From a virus: a stretch of DNA of 64,000 nt. The stretch lies in IMG/VR virus record IMGVR_UViG_3300023174_000101, positions 34,361 to 98,360 of that record. The stretch is one strand, 5' to 3'. How positions within the stretch are numbered: the first letter of the stretch is position 1; each line of letters begins with the position of its first letter. Positions 1 through 10,560 of this stretch are shown here, piece after piece. The position numbers and the translations under genes were made by a program. A model generated the notes under the pieces. That model was not told where the DNA came from. It was given only the letters and a program-made list of their open reading frames with translations, and ran no database searches.

Positions 1-121
1 TGGACGGCATCGGCATAGCCGAGCAGCGCATTGAGCAGGTCCGGGGCGGCTTCCAGCAAGCGAGCATGATCCCGCAGTGCGCGCTCACCTACGGCTTGAT
101 CCTCGTTCCATTGTGCGTTGC

Positions 122-364
122 TCATATCGCCGTCGCCTTATCTAGGGCCTTCTCTGCCCTTGCCTTGTCGTCATTAAAAGTGTGGCCACCGCAGCAGCCG
201 CAACCGCTAGAGTTCAACAGCGCCTCTAGCGCTGCCAGTAGTTCCGGTGCAGTCTCAAGCAGCGCGGCCTGCTTGTGGCTAGTGACTTGGATTGTATAAG
301 GCCGAAACCCATCCCTAGCCTTGGTCTTATCGGCACAGTTCGGGCATGTACAAAGGTTAGTCAT
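122..364 (-). CDS. hypothetical phage protein (APELLxAL motif)
   Basis: Start moved to MTNLC, which overlaps the stop of the upstream gene; LLETAPELLAALEALL motif. Confidence 0.55.
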   Translation of the reverse strand: MTNLCTCPNCADKTKARDGFRPYTIQVTSHKQAALLETAPELLAALEALLNSSGCGCCGGHTFNDDKARAEKALDKATAI

Positions 365-599
365 GCTTATCTCCTCTTGCTTTCTTAATTGCGTGCCATG
401 CGTTGCACTCTGAACACGAGTCACAGTCGCAGAATCTCTCGCCACTACCGACAATGTTATCAAGCGCTTCTAAGAGTAGTGGTGCAGCTGCAATCAGAGC
501 TGCGTCTTCGTCTTTAACTACGTCAGCGACAATTACGTTGTTCACGGTCTTGACCGTGTTGCCCCATTCAACATGCCACGGGCCAGGAGTGTGGTTCAT
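357..599 (-). CDS. HTPGPW-motif phage protein
   Basis: MNHTPGPW...IAAAPLLLEAL, a common small phage protein family; ATGA overlap with the upstream gene. Confidence 0.7.
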   Translation of the reverse strand: MNHTPGPWHVEWGNTVKTVNNVIVADVVKDEDAALIAAAPLLLEALDNIVGSGERFCDCDSCSECNAWHAIKKARGDKHD

Positions 600-919
600 G
601 ATCTATCCCTAATTGCCTTTATAGCAGCTTCTTTGGCTTCTTCAATGGAGCTTGCCTTGCCCTCTTTGTAATATGCAGTCTGAGGGAATGCTTGCCACGT
701 TATGCCGATTGGCGTGTTGCCAACCACTATGTAATATCCATCTGCAATGGCGGTGTGGTTCTTAGTGGTGCGACCATTTGGTACAGTCCACTTAATCTCA
801 GGTTCTGCAAGTGCCGCATCAATACGGTCAACGAGACCAGGCACGCTTCTGTCATAATCCTCGCTTATGACGCCTCGAGCTTCCTTGAGCAGTGCGCGCA
901 GCTTTTCATTCTCAGTCAT
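596..919 (-). CDS. hypothetical protein, paralogue of 1880..2230
   Basis: EKLRALLKEAR...HTAIADGYYIVV...EEAKEAA aligns with the 1880..2230 protein. Confidence 0.7.
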   Translation of the reverse strand: MTENEKLRALLKEARGVISEDYDRSVPGLVDRIDAALAEPEIKWTVPNGRTTKNHTAIADGYYIVVGNTPIGITWQAFPQTAYYKEGKASSIEEAKEAAIKAIRDRS

Positions 920-1162
920 GGTGCGTACTCTTCAATCCTATGTATAAAGTCACGGATGAGCTTTGTGTGGCCATGCCCACGGCATTCGCAGTGTGTGTCC
1001 TCACATGGGGACCAGTGTTCGTAATCATACTTGCGCCACACTACTCTGAACGACCTGCCTCCCGGTGGTGCTGGCCATTCACGCACAATATCACCGTCCT
1101 TTGGGAGAACTCCTGGATCACTACTGTGTGCGGTCTTGTCGTCACAATGTGGGCAGGCCAGA

Positions 1163-1390
1163 CTAGAATCCATAATCTGGGTCCGGAATGTTGTTTTTAT
1201 CCTCGAACAGGACTTCTGCGGCGATACGCCCAACTTTCTTGGCCGTCCTGCAGTAGTTACGGAGCCTCTCGTCTGCGTCTTTTTCAAATTCATACAACGC
1301 ATAGGCGCCTAGGGCGTGGCGGTTCATGATTTCTGCATAAATGGTCTGCGCGTACGCTTGGACCATTTTCTTTCTTTCTTCGTCGCTCAT
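1163..1390 (-). CDS. hypothetical protein
   Basis: Fits the tiling of overlapping minus-strand ORFs; GGAG RBS upstream. Confidence 0.55.
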   Translation of the reverse strand: MSDEERKKMVQAYAQTIYAEIMNRHALGAYALYEFEKDADERLRNYCRTAKKVGRIAAEVLFEDKNNIPDPDYGF

Positions 1391-1879
1391 GAGCGCTCCT
1401 CAACGAACAGTATAATGCACAGTGCGGTCATCATTGCAAGTCCTGATGCCCAAGCTTTTGCCTCGTCGTCCCATCGTATGTCTAGTATCGCACAGAAGAC
1501 TCGGACATATAAACCCGCAGCCATAGGAGCAACCACACCAAGAATCCATCGCTTCACGGCGTCCCTCCACCCACGGCGCAGGCGCACTCCACGCGCACAG
1601 GGGAGTTCGCGAACGGGTAGCGACTTGGCCGACAGGCAGTTACCGCGAGCGGTGTGCAGGACGCGACACACTTGGCGCACGTCTCATCTGGAGTGTGGTC
1701 AGACATCACCCAGTTCACCCCATGGGCGAGTGCGACGGAGCCAACAAGCAGAGCAACAGCGATTAGCGGCGGAATGACAACATCCTTCACGCCCCCGGTT
1801 GTGACATCTTTCACCTTTCGGGTTACGGCTTGTCCTTTGGACCGGAAAAGTTGAATGACATTATCCTTCACGTCCCAGT

Positions 1880-2230
1880 TCATGGCTTCCTCCATCCAAC
1901 TGCAGTGAGTGCTGCTTCCTTGGCTTCTTCCAGCGTCTTCTTGGACAAGAACTCCCCCTTGTGCGACTGGTGCTGCGGGTACGCCGCCCACGATACGCCC
2001 GTCGTCGAAGGCTCGACGACGATGTAGTAGCCGTTGACCATCGCCGTGTGCTTCTTGCTGCCGGTGAACTCCGGGGCGTCCCACCGCACGTCGGACTCCG
2101 CGAGCGCCTCCTCGATGCGGTCGATGAGGTCGCCTACGTTCTGGCTCGCCATGTCGTTCGGCACGCTGTACGGAAACAACACCTCTCGCGCCTCTGTGAG
2201 CAGTTCTCGCAGCTTTTCGATTTCACTCAT
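1880..2230 (-). CDS. hypothetical protein, paralogue of 596..919
   Basis: AGGAGG RBS; clear paralogy. Confidence 0.7.
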   Translation of the reverse strand: MSEIEKLRELLTEAREVLFPYSVPNDMASQNVGDLIDRIEEALAESDVRWDAPEFTGSKKHTAMVNGYYIVVEPSTTGVSWAAYPQHQSHKGEFLSKKTLEEAKEAALTAVGWRKP

Positions 2231-2402
2231 TTATCCTCCTTGAATAGACCATCGCCAAGCTTGTGTCCGAGTTGGTGGGCTCGGTAGCCACGCATGTATC
2301 CGTACGCATGGGCGCTTATAGCCTTCCTCTCGTAGTAGTCATAAGTCCAAATTAGGCTACACGCCACACCCAGCAGCCACCCACCGATGAAGACTAAGTA
2401 TA

Positions 2403-3386
2403 TCATTCATTGTCCGTAACTAGTGGGGCCTGGAGCATTTCGTCTGCACCTACCCATGTGGCAGTTGCCTTCTTCTCTTGGAGCTTTTTGTGCAAAAATC
2501 GTGCCGATTCTTCCCGCTGACGAGTCGCAATGTTCACCAGGGACTCGCGGTGTGTAGCCCATGTTGGGCCCTCAGCATAAGCTTGAACACGTCTAAGCTC
2601 TCGCTGTGCCTCATCCCGTTCACGTACCAGCTGTTGCCACATACCGTCTAGTCGTGCGAATTCTGTTTCCACGGGTCGCTCTTTCATGGCCTTGAGTGCT
2701 GCTTCTGCCTCATCAGCACGTTTGACCATTCGGTCCGCATGCTGCACTTCGGCCTCCCACATCTGTGCAGCCTTGGCACGCTCCGCGCGCTCGTGGTCTA
2801 GCATCCACTTCAACGAGCTTATTTCACTCTTAAGTATGTCAACTTCTATTAAGTGGCCAGCCCGCATGTTCTCTTTTAGGAAATCTGCACCAGTCTGTTC
2901 GGACACCATGTTGCTTGCTGTACCCTCGATTTGTTCCTTGAGAAGCCGCTGGGCAGCATCCCGCTGCCACCGCGCATCGTCCCGCTCTTTCACCATACGG
3001 TCACGTAGCACCCATGCCTGTGCGGTTTCGCCAGCAAGCTTATTACATTCCGCTTGCAGGCGATCCGCCCTTGCACGGGCTTCGTCAGTACGCTCCCAGG
3101 CCCTGGAAAGGTGGTCGCGCAACGTCTCACGCTGTTCTTTCAGTACCTCGATGGTGTCCTTCGCTTGGTCTGCTACCGCCCGCGCCTCGTTGCGCTCGCG
3201 CAGGGCTTCGTTGCGCTCATGGATGCATTGGGCGTCGGTGACGATGAACAGGGGCTCCGCATCTACTTGCGACCAATCATGCCCACACGCCGCACAGCCG
3301 TAGATGGGGGTCAGCGGATTCGTCATGAGACTGCCGATACGCTGCGCTTTGGACTTATTACACTTCGGACAGGGGATGTTGCTCAT
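2403..3386 (-). CDS. Zn-ribbon plus coiled-coil protein with C-terminal QRE..PLVT motif
   Basis: CPKC/CAAC at the N-terminus, long heptad region; start MSNIPC follows a GGAG RBS. Confidence 0.7.
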   Translation of the reverse strand: MSNIPCPKCNKSKAQRIGSLMTNPLTPIYGCAACGHDWSQVDAEPLFIVTDAQCIHERNEALRERNEARAVADQAKDTIEVLKEQRETLRDHLSRAWERTDEARARADRLQAECNKLAGETAQAWVLRDRMVKERDDARWQRDAAQRLLKEQIEGTASNMVSEQTGADFLKENMRAGHLIEVDILKSEISSLKWMLDHERAERAKAAQMWEAEVQHADRMVKRADEAEAALKAMKERPVETEFARLDGMWQQLVRERDEAQRELRRVQAYAEGPTWATHRESLVNIATRQREESARFLHKKLQEKKATATWVGADEMLQAPLVTDNE

Positions 3387-3398
3387 CACTTGTTCTCC

Positions 3399-3431
3399 TT
3401 GGGTTGAACTTCCTTGGGTTGAACTTCCTTG
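3399..3431. repeat. 15-bp tandem duplication (CTTGGGTTGAACTTC x2)
   Basis: Seen directly, just upstream of the 3386 start. Confidence 0.8.
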
Positions 3432-3691
3432 CAAGTACGACCTTGGGTGGCGTCACGCCAACACCCTCGCCCAGTGGCGCAGCAGCGCTTGTGCCTGCTT
3501 CACCACTTCACTGCGCGTCTTGCCGCGCACCAGCGGAAACAGCCCCGGCACCGGCTCCCAGCGTGCCCCAGAGAGATACGCACGGTATTGCTCAAGGTGC
3601 GCCTCGTACTCGGAGGCGGGTTCGCTTGCCGCGCCGTCGAAAGCGACGGGCTGCACTTCGTGGACTTGAACGCGCAACCACCGTTCCGTGC

Positions 3692-4222
3692 TCACTTGTC
3701 CCTCTCCGTCACCAGCGGCGTGGCGCGGACGGTATCCGCGTAAGTGCTTGGAGCGTGCCGGTACATATGCGCCGCGCACGCCTCACGCTGTTTCTCCGCC
3801 GCGTCCTTGGCCATTGCCCGCCCATATCCTTCACGCAAGCACTTTTGGCATGTAGCCTGGGGCACGCATCGCTTTGGAGCGCGGGAGCAATCATATCCCC
3901 AATCGATGATGCTCTGCCATGCCTTCAATAGCTCATTCTCCTCCTTGAGCTTCTTGTTCTCTTCCTCAAGCAGCCTGTGTAGCTCGAACTTGGCAACACG
4001 TTCCTCGTACCGCTTGTTCTCCTGCTCAAATACGGCCTGAGCCCGTGCCTCCATAATTTCCTTAGGTGGGCGTTCCGGCACGGGCTCGTCATTCAGCTTA
4101 TGGTACATACATAGGCTACTATCCGAGCATCCGCATTCATCTGTCCAAGGCGTAGTATGAACACTTGGAAAGAACGGTGCACGCCTGGTCATGCCGCATA
4201 CTGGACATTCAGCGCTTTTCAT
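3692..4222 (-). CDS. Cys-rich hypothetical protein with QREACA..TPLVT motif
   Basis: Start moved to MKSAECP; motif shared with two other ORFs. Confidence 0.6.
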   Translation of the reverse strand: MKSAECPVCGMTRRAPFFPSVHTTPWTDECGCSDSSLCMYHKLNDEPVPERPPKEIMEARAQAVFEQENKRYEERVAKFELHRLLEEENKKLKEENELLKAWQSIIDWGYDCSRAPKRCVPQATCQKCLREGYGRAMAKDAAEKQREACAAHMYRHAPSTYADTVRATPLVTERDK

Positions 4223-4523
4223 TCTTGTCTCCAGGCTCTGCGAACACCTTAGGGATGTCGTATACGTGCTTGCCACCGGAGAAGCTAGCTTTCCAGCACA
4301 GGCCGTGTAGCACCAAATTCTTCTCTATAGCCGCAATTACGTCCTCGTTGCCGCTCCAGCCGCCAGTGATGAAGGTATACTTGCGCCCGTATCTGCGTGC
4401 CATACCTGGGTATAACCACAAACTGCGTGCATACTCAAGTGCGCCACGAAGGTCTGAACTGTTCCAAGTTGCAAGCTTACGGAGTTCTGCCCTGGAGGGA
4501 TATTGGCTTAGTGTCACGTTCAT
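4209..4523 (-). CDS. conserved phage hypothetical protein (TGGWSGNE motif)
   Basis: Motif recognised as common in phage proteins; ATGA overlap. Confidence 0.65.
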   Translation of the reverse strand: MNVTLSQYPSRAELRKLATWNSSDLRGALEYARSLWLYPGMARRYGRKYTFITGGWSGNEDVIAAIEKNLVLHGLCWKASFSGGKHVYDIPKVFAEPGDKNEKR

Positions 4524-4954
4524 TTCTTCTTCCCTGTCATGGTGTCTACAATTTCAACTAGACGCTCAAATGTACTACCAGATGCAGCACTTTCCCTGTG
4601 GCTTTGGATGAATTCAACTAGGATTTCTAGTTTATCCGCGTCTGATTGCATCCACGCCATTTCTTGTGCAAAATTCATGCCCATGCCGCCTGTGTCTTCA
4701 TGCGGGTTAATGCCGCGCTCGCACAGTGAGCGATCCCACGAATTCCGCATCTGCTCAGGCTTTGCCCCAAGTATAATGGCTAGGTTCCGGTAGTAGCAGA
4801 CTGCATCCACCCGCATCTGGTCGAGGTCTAGTCTGGACTCGAGCCGTTTGAATTCGTCCCTGAGTCTCTGATTCTCTACACGCAACTCCTTGCACCTGAG
4901 GCGTAGCCCGTGCTCACTAAGCTCGTCGTCGTCGTACGGGGCAATCTCACTCAT
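4520..4954 (-). CDS. hypothetical protein
   Basis: ATGA-coupled ORF. Confidence 0.6.
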   Translation of the reverse strand: MSEIAPYDDDELSEHGLRLRCKELRVENQRLRDEFKRLESRLDLDQMRVDAVCYYRNLAIILGAKPEQMRNSWDRSLCERGINPHEDTGGMGMNFAQEMAWMQSDADKLEILVEFIQSHRESAASGSTFERLVEIVDTMTGKKK

Positions 4955-5736
4955 TCTTCACCCTTCTTAATGGCGGCATCGATACGGCGCAGGAGCAGAA
5001 TAAGTCCATCGGTCTCGGAGTCTACATTTGGATGGAGCGTTAGTGCGTCCAATGTGGACAGCTCTGTGTGCGCCTCCTTAAGTAGGACACGGAGCTGTTT
5101 TATCTCCGACCCAAGACCGCCAACCCTCTCCTGCTCCTTGTAGATTTTCTTCACTGTGCGTCGGAGGTCATTACGTACGCGGCAGCACACACACCTTTGC
5201 CACTCAGGTGGACAATCGCAGTCGCTATCTTCAATCAGTGTCTCGATTGCGCCCTCAATGTCGGCCTCAATCTCCTGGAGCGGCGTCTTGTCACTCATCG
5301 TCGGAGCTCTCGTATTGGCTGACTTCGACCTCATTCAACGGCGCATGGAGTACGTTGCCCTCCGTTAGCGCATCGAAGAATTCCCACTCAACGTCACCCG
5401 CATCAGGGCCGTCGTCATTTATACGCTCCCATGCAAGGTGGCGAGCCTCACTTTCAGACTTTGCCTTGACTTGGATGTGGATCGCACCGGCAATTGGAAC
5501 AGACACTACGTACGTGTGCTTTTTCATGGCCTATCCTTATTTGGTCGGCGTACAATAACAACGCTTGCATCCATGACCAGCGGAGAAGAACGCTGCATTT
5601 GGTATCCACACGCGGTTTTTAGTCCTAGCAGGATTCGACGTAAACTTTAGTCCGCAAATCGTACGGCGCGTTATAGGGTTTAATAAATGATTCGTAGTAA
5701 ACCCAGTATTTACGCAGGTAAGGAGCGATTTTATGT

Positions 5737-6228
5737 TCATGGCTGGTCCTTGTCCTCTTCGTATCTCTCTAGGCAATCGGTGAACTTCATGTCCTGATGC
5801 TGCGGACAGTGGGAGTCATCCTCATATGGGGGTGTGTGCAGGAATGCGCTGATACGCTTACGCAGCGCATCTACAGCATCGATTACGTAGAACCCACCAC
5901 GGGTGGGAGGAGGATACCAAGCCTTTAGCGCCCCAACATGGTCGGTCTCGTCGCGTATGGTGTCAAGCATCCGGTACGATTCGTTCAGTAGTGTTGTTGC
6001 CTGGCGCACTTGGGCCTTTGCGTGGAGGAAGTCTGCATAGTCTAGGCCGTCAAGCAGGCCGTCCTCAGAGTACGCCTTAATGTTCTGGAGCGCGGCCTGC
6101 GTGGCCTCAAGCTGGGACTTTAGTGCACGGTTCTCCTTCTGCACGTCCTCAAGCTTGTCCTGCAGGCGGCGGCGCTCTTCCTGCGAATACATCAGTGCAT
6201 CTCGACTACCTTTCTCTTCGGTCGTCAT
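5737..6228 (-). CDS. hypothetical coiled-coil protein
   Basis: GGAGG RBS; ATGA overlap. Confidence 0.6.
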   Translation of the reverse strand: MTTEEKGSRDALMYSQEERRRLQDKLEDVQKENRALKSQLEATQAALQNIKAYSEDGLLDGLDYADFLHAKAQVRQATTLLNESYRMLDTIRDETDHVGALKAWYPPPTRGGFYVIDAVDALRKRISAFLHTPPYEDDSHCPQHQDMKFTDCLERYEEDKDQP

Positions 6229-6406
6229 GCGCCCTCCTCTGGGGCCTCGACCACCTTCTGCAGGAACACGATCTGCCGCACACAGTCAGCCACCGCCATG
6301 ACCATGGCGACCATGCCTTCCTGCGTCTTGTCCGATGGGTTGAATTCGAACGTGATGGTTACGCGCTCGCTCGTGTCTGTCTTACGGTCACTCTCAAGTA
6401 GAACTC

Positions 6407-9115
6407 TCATACCTTTAACCCCTTTGCAAGGCCCATTAACTGCTCTGGTGTGATGCACTCCGTCCAACGTAGGCTGGTCGTACGGCTGGTGTCCAGGTCC
6501 AAGTCGAACTTAATATCGGACGTACCGCCACGGCGCTTATCCAGGAATGCGATACGGTTGCCCTTGTCCTTGGCCTCGGCCATCTGGTCGGGCGTCTTCT
6601 CTTGGAGCAATAGTACATCGTCTGCGTCCTGTGCAATCTGGTACGAGCCGCCGATGTTCTCAATCTTGCCGGTCTCGCCCGCCACGTAGTTAGACCGGTT
6701 CTGCTGGGCGATACACACGGAGCATATGCCCATGCCCTCTGCGATCTGGTTCTTCATCACCTTGGATGCGCGGCCAATTACCTGCTCACGTGAAGCGCCT
6801 TTATCCTCAGGTCCCGGTGATACCAACTGGATATAGTCCACAAATACGGCCTGAATCCCGTACTTGAAGTGGTATTCGTCTACGATTGCGAAGATTTCGT
6901 CAATGGAGCCAATCTTCGGCTTCTTGATGTAGAACTGCGACGATGCGATGCGTTCCATCGCGAGCTTTACCTTCAAGTACTGCTCGTCGTTGAGTAGACC
7001 TGCCTGTAGCTTCGTGTTGTCGATGCCCGACAGCATCGAAATCTGGCGGAACGAGGTCTCAATCTCGTTCATTTCGAGGGGAATCCAGAGCGTGGGAATC
7101 TGGTCCTGGGGCTGTGGGGAGATAGAAATCGCCGTCGCCATTTGCAGTGCTAGCAGGGACTTACCTACGCCTGAATACGCGGAGATTACGACTTGGTGCC
7201 CCTTCTGCAGTCCGGACAGGCCCAGGGTTAGTCCAGTCAGACACACATTCATCTGGCCGTCCACGTCCCGGAGGGTGGAGAAGTCGAACCCCACGACCGC
7301 GCTCTTGCGGGCCATACGCTCCTCAAGGTCCACGCGTACGCAGTCCATGAGGGAGATTGGATTGCTCTTGTCGTCGCGGCGTATCTCCATGCTGGAGACC
7401 ATTTCACGCCGATACTTGGACAGGATGTCGTTCGTGGGCTTCTTGAGGTCGCCAAGTGTGGCCTGCAGTACACGGGACTGGTCAATGCCCATGCGCCGCC
7501 TGTAGAGGTCTACGATGCGGTGCAGTGCGTCTTGGAACTGATACTTGGCCTCCGCCACAAGCAGCATGTCGATGTACTTGTGGAGGTCTGGGAACTGAGG
7601 GTATGCAATCTTTAGCTGGTCGCGTACCACCTGTACGGTGACCGAATCAGCTAGCCCGTCTTCGCGTGCCCTGCGGTGCACATGCTCAATCGCATTATAT
7701 ACGTACTGATGCCCACCTACCGTGAACACTTTATTGTCGGTGATGGACTGCCGAATGGTAGACCAGGACTTTTGGTTCAGCAGTGCGTGCTGGAGTACTA
7801 CCTGCTCCGCGTCCCGGTTCATCAGGCCCGTGTCGCCAAGTTTAGTCTCCACCACGTACGACTTGATGCTGAGTGGCTCTACCCCGATTGCGCGGGACAA
7901 GTACTCGGCAGTCAGGTCCAGCTGTACGTCCGGGAGCCGAATTAGGTGCTCCTTGAGGTCCTTGACCAGGGAGAACTTATTCTCCGTAGTAAGATTGCCG
8001 TGCGCGTCCCGGCGCATGTCCACATAGAACTGGACTGGGAGTACAGCCGTGGCAAAGATGGTGTCTAGTGCCTCCTTGCCGAACTCGCGCACGATACCAT
8101 CGGGCTGCTTTCCCTCGGGCATCTTTGTGATGAGCACATTGATGTCATGGAACTCATTGATGTAATCCATGAGTCGCACGGAGGCTGCGCGGCCAGCATT
8201 GTCGCCGTCGAATGCGACACGCACTTCCTTGACACCGTACTCACGCAGGAGCTGAATCTGCTCCTCGTGAATCTGCGTACCCATGACCGCCACGCCGCCA
8301 GAGGCAATCGCCGCCTTCTGGCCTTCGCAGATACGCATAACGTACCCGTTCTTACGGAGGTCCTTGCGGGCAACGTTGAATCCGAACAGGAGCTTGTGGC
8401 TGAACAGTGGGTGGCGGTTGCTCGTGCCCACATACTTGCCGCCGAAATCGGGTGGTGGATTCAGCGGCTTATTGTAGAAGCGTGCCACCCGTCCGTTCTG
8501 GTCACGGATTGGGTAGACTAGGGCGTCGCTCCACGCGAGCCGGTTGGTAAACTCGAGCTTGTCGATATCATCCTGGCTGATGCCGGGGAACTTGGCATGC
8601 AGGTGCTGGATTATCTGGTCCGTGGAGATGCAGTACCCAACATCGTACGTCACAATCTGGTCAATGTCGAATCCAGTATCCTGGATGTACCACTCGAGCA
8701 TCTGCTTGTTCGCGAACAGGGCGTTGGTGCAGTACTTCGCCGCCTCTTCGCAGATGTCTTGATATCTGGCCCGCTCAATCTCCTCCGCTGTTGGCGGGCG
8801 GTGATATGCACTGATATCGATGTGATACGTGGCCGCGAGGCGATTAATAGCCTCGGTTACGGTGATACTATGGAAGTTCTGTGCCCAAGCTACTACATCG
8901 CCACCCGCCTGGCACCCGAAGCACTTGTAGAACTGTAACTGGGTGTGAACACCGAATGACGCGCCCTTAGACTCCGAGTGAAACGGGCAGAACCAGAACT
9001 TGTCGTTTCCCGTTTCCTTAGCCGGTGCACCAAGGTCATCCGATACGACTTGGATAATATTCAGCCTTTTACGTAGCTCTGTCCGTGCTGACTTTACGTC
9101 AGTGATATACATCAT
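6407..9115 (-). CDS. DNA primase-helicase fusion (CHC2 Zn finger + TOPRIM + DnaB-like helicase)
   Basis: CPFH..CFGC zinc finger; TOPRIM ICEG and FDGDNAG; DnaB motifs AYSGVGKS, VDYIQL, AQQNR, IAQDAD. Confidence 0.93.
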   Translation of the reverse strand: MMYITDVKSARTELRKRLNIIQVVSDDLGAPAKETGNDKFWFCPFHSESKGASFGVHTQLQFYKCFGCQAGGDVVAWAQNFHSITVTEAINRLAATYHIDISAYHRPPTAEEIERARYQDICEEAAKYCTNALFANKQMLEWYIQDTGFDIDQIVTYDVGYCISTDQIIQHLHAKFPGISQDDIDKLEFTNRLAWSDALVYPIRDQNGRVARFYNKPLNPPPDFGGKYVGTSNRHPLFSHKLLFGFNVARKDLRKNGYVMRICEGQKAAIASGGVAVMGTQIHEEQIQLLREYGVKEVRVAFDGDNAGRAASVRLMDYINEFHDINVLITKMPEGKQPDGIVREFGKEALDTIFATAVLPVQFYVDMRRDAHGNLTTENKFSLVKDLKEHLIRLPDVQLDLTAEYLSRAIGVEPLSIKSYVVETKLGDTGLMNRDAEQVVLQHALLNQKSWSTIRQSITDNKVFTVGGHQYVYNAIEHVHRRAREDGLADSVTVQVVRDQLKIAYPQFPDLHKYIDMLLVAEAKYQFQDALHRIVDLYRRRMGIDQSRVLQATLGDLKKPTNDILSKYRREMVSSMEIRRDDKSNPISLMDCVRVDLEERMARKSAVVGFDFSTLRDVDGQMNVCLTGLTLGLSGLQKGHQVVISAYSGVGKSLLALQMATAISISPQPQDQIPTLWIPLEMNEIETSFRQISMLSGIDNTKLQAGLLNDEQYLKVKLAMERIASSQFYIKKPKIGSIDEIFAIVDEYHFKYGIQAVFVDYIQLVSPGPEDKGASREQVIGRASKVMKNQIAEGMGICSVCIAQQNRSNYVAGETGKIENIGGSYQIAQDADDVLLLQEKTPDQMAEAKDKGNRIAFLDKRRGGTSDIKFDLDLDTSRTTSLRWTECITPEQLMGLAKGLKV

Positions 9116-9157
9116 TTGGTGTTATATCCTTTCGGATACTTGTTATAGTGTTGGCGT

Positions 9158-9910
9158 TTATTCGATTGAGAACTCGCGGCTAAGCTGTGCAAACTGCCGC
9201 TCGCGTTCCCACTTCTCTTTGGTGTCCGCATCGAACTGATGAGGCTTCTTTTCCACGGACTCTGCAGCAAGTGCTCCTAGGGTGGCGAGCTTGTCCACAT
9301 TCAGTCTGTCCGTGATTGAATTCCTATACTGCATGATTTCGTCCCTCGAAGCTACACTGCGGACGATTGCGTACAGGTACGGGACGCTACGCTTTTCCGG
9401 GTCTAGTACTTGAGCGGCCTCACGCCTGATCGCATCGTGTTTGGCGGACCTGCCCATTTCAGCGATTTTATTTAGGTCGTAAATCGAAAAGTCATTAGAC
9501 AGGTAATTATCTACGAGCCAGTTATATACATCCTGCACTTGCAAGATGTCGGCATTGCGGTTACGCCTAGGTATTGGATTTTCATGGACCCACTGGCCAT
9601 CGAGCAGCCTGTCCATCCACATAATGGACAGGACTTCGTGCTTAGTCTTTGGCTTGAGCCCTGGCTTACCCTTTACCCCTGGGACACCGCATACGATTTT
9701 CATGAACTCCACAGTGTCGTATGCCTGCTCCGCAGCCTCGTACTTTACTTGCGTGAATCCGGCAGTGAACTCTGTCATCAGCTGCTTCGGGCTCGTGCCG
9801 AACAGCGGCGTAAACTTCGTGGACCACTCGAGCATGCGCGACAGCGTGTCACGTGCGCCGTTTGACATGGGGCGCTTGAACGTGCCCTGGTCTGGCGCAG
9901 ACATGACCAT
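9158..9910 (-). CDS. hypothetical protein upstream of primase-helicase
   Basis: Long ORF; start moved to MVMSAP to avoid overlap with the upstream gene. Confidence 0.6.
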   Translation of the reverse strand: MVMSAPDQGTFKRPMSNGARDTLSRMLEWSTKFTPLFGTSPKQLMTEFTAGFTQVKYEAAEQAYDTVEFMKIVCGVPGVKGKPGLKPKTKHEVLSIMWMDRLLDGQWVHENPIPRRNRNADILQVQDVYNWLVDNYLSNDFSIYDLNKIAEMGRSAKHDAIRREAAQVLDPEKRSVPYLYAIVRSVASRDEIMQYRNSITDRLNVDKLATLGALAAESVEKKPHQFDADTKEKWERERQFAQLSREFSIE

Positions 9911-9945
9911 GGTTAGTGCTTGGCCAGAAAATAATTTGGTTTGGT

Positions 9946-10485
9946 TCACTTTATCTCTACGTCGTAGCTTGGGTAGTAAGGTTCGTCTAGTACCCTGACC
10001 TTCTGTATCTTTCGAAGATCGAATGAATTGACTCGTCCGCAGATTGAGCATTTGCCGTAAAACATTTCCTTCATGCCTAGGACAACACGTCTCTTGCCAT
10101 CCATAGTAAAATCTTCCATCATTTTGTAACTGTATGCGTCTACTTTTCTAGGAATGCCATTATACTGTAGTTCCAACCTAAGTAAATTGCGGGCCGCATA
10201 TCCTATTACTTGTTTCTTCTTCTCATTATTTTGAGAGTCTGACGTCTCCCTAAGTGGGCCGTCCGTGTCTTGCTGCTCTTGCTCTCTCGGTTCTGCGTCC
10301 TGCCTCTGCATTAGTGTCGGCTGGTCCGACACTGGAGCCTGAGTCGTTGGGGATGGAGGTAGGAATGGCTGTTGCTGTACGGTTGGGACTGTACGCTCCA
10401 TGTTCTGAAGTTGTTGGCGTATGCGCTTATTCTCCTGTGCTGGAGCGTATACGTTCCTCATTATGTCCCAGAAATTCTTAGGCAT
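9946..10485 (-). CDS. WYL-domain protein
   Basis: C-terminal LELQY...RKVDAYSY...FYGKC...NSFDLRKIQKVRVL matches the WYL pattern; GGAG RBS before MPKNFW. Confidence 0.65.
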   Translation of the reverse strand: MPKNFWDIMRNVYAPAQENKRIRQQLQNMERTVPTVQQQPFLPPSPTTQAPVSDQPTLMQRQDAEPREQEQQDTDGPLRETSDSQNNEKKKQVIGYAARNLLRLELQYNGIPRKVDAYSYKMMEDFTMDGKRRVVLGMKEMFYGKCSICGRVNSFDLRKIQKVRVLDEPYYPSYDVEIK

Positions 10486-10504
10486 CGCAACTCCCCACAA
10501 TACG

Positions 10505-10545
10505 CCGCCGCCAGTGGTGCAATACGCATGCCACACTGGCGGCGG
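10505..10545 (-). promoter_or_regulatory. sigma54-type promoter (TGGCATG-N4-TTGCA) forming the loop of a 12-bp inverted repeat
   Basis: CCGCCGCCAGTG (10505-16) and CACTGGCGGCGG (10534-45) flank the 17-nt motif exactly. Confidence 0.65.
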
Positions 10546-10560
10546 TACACTGCTTAAATA

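Noticed and set aside
2774-2789. Plus-strand TGGCACG-N6-GC match
   Set aside because: Inside a gene, antisense, with a poor -12 element; likely chance.
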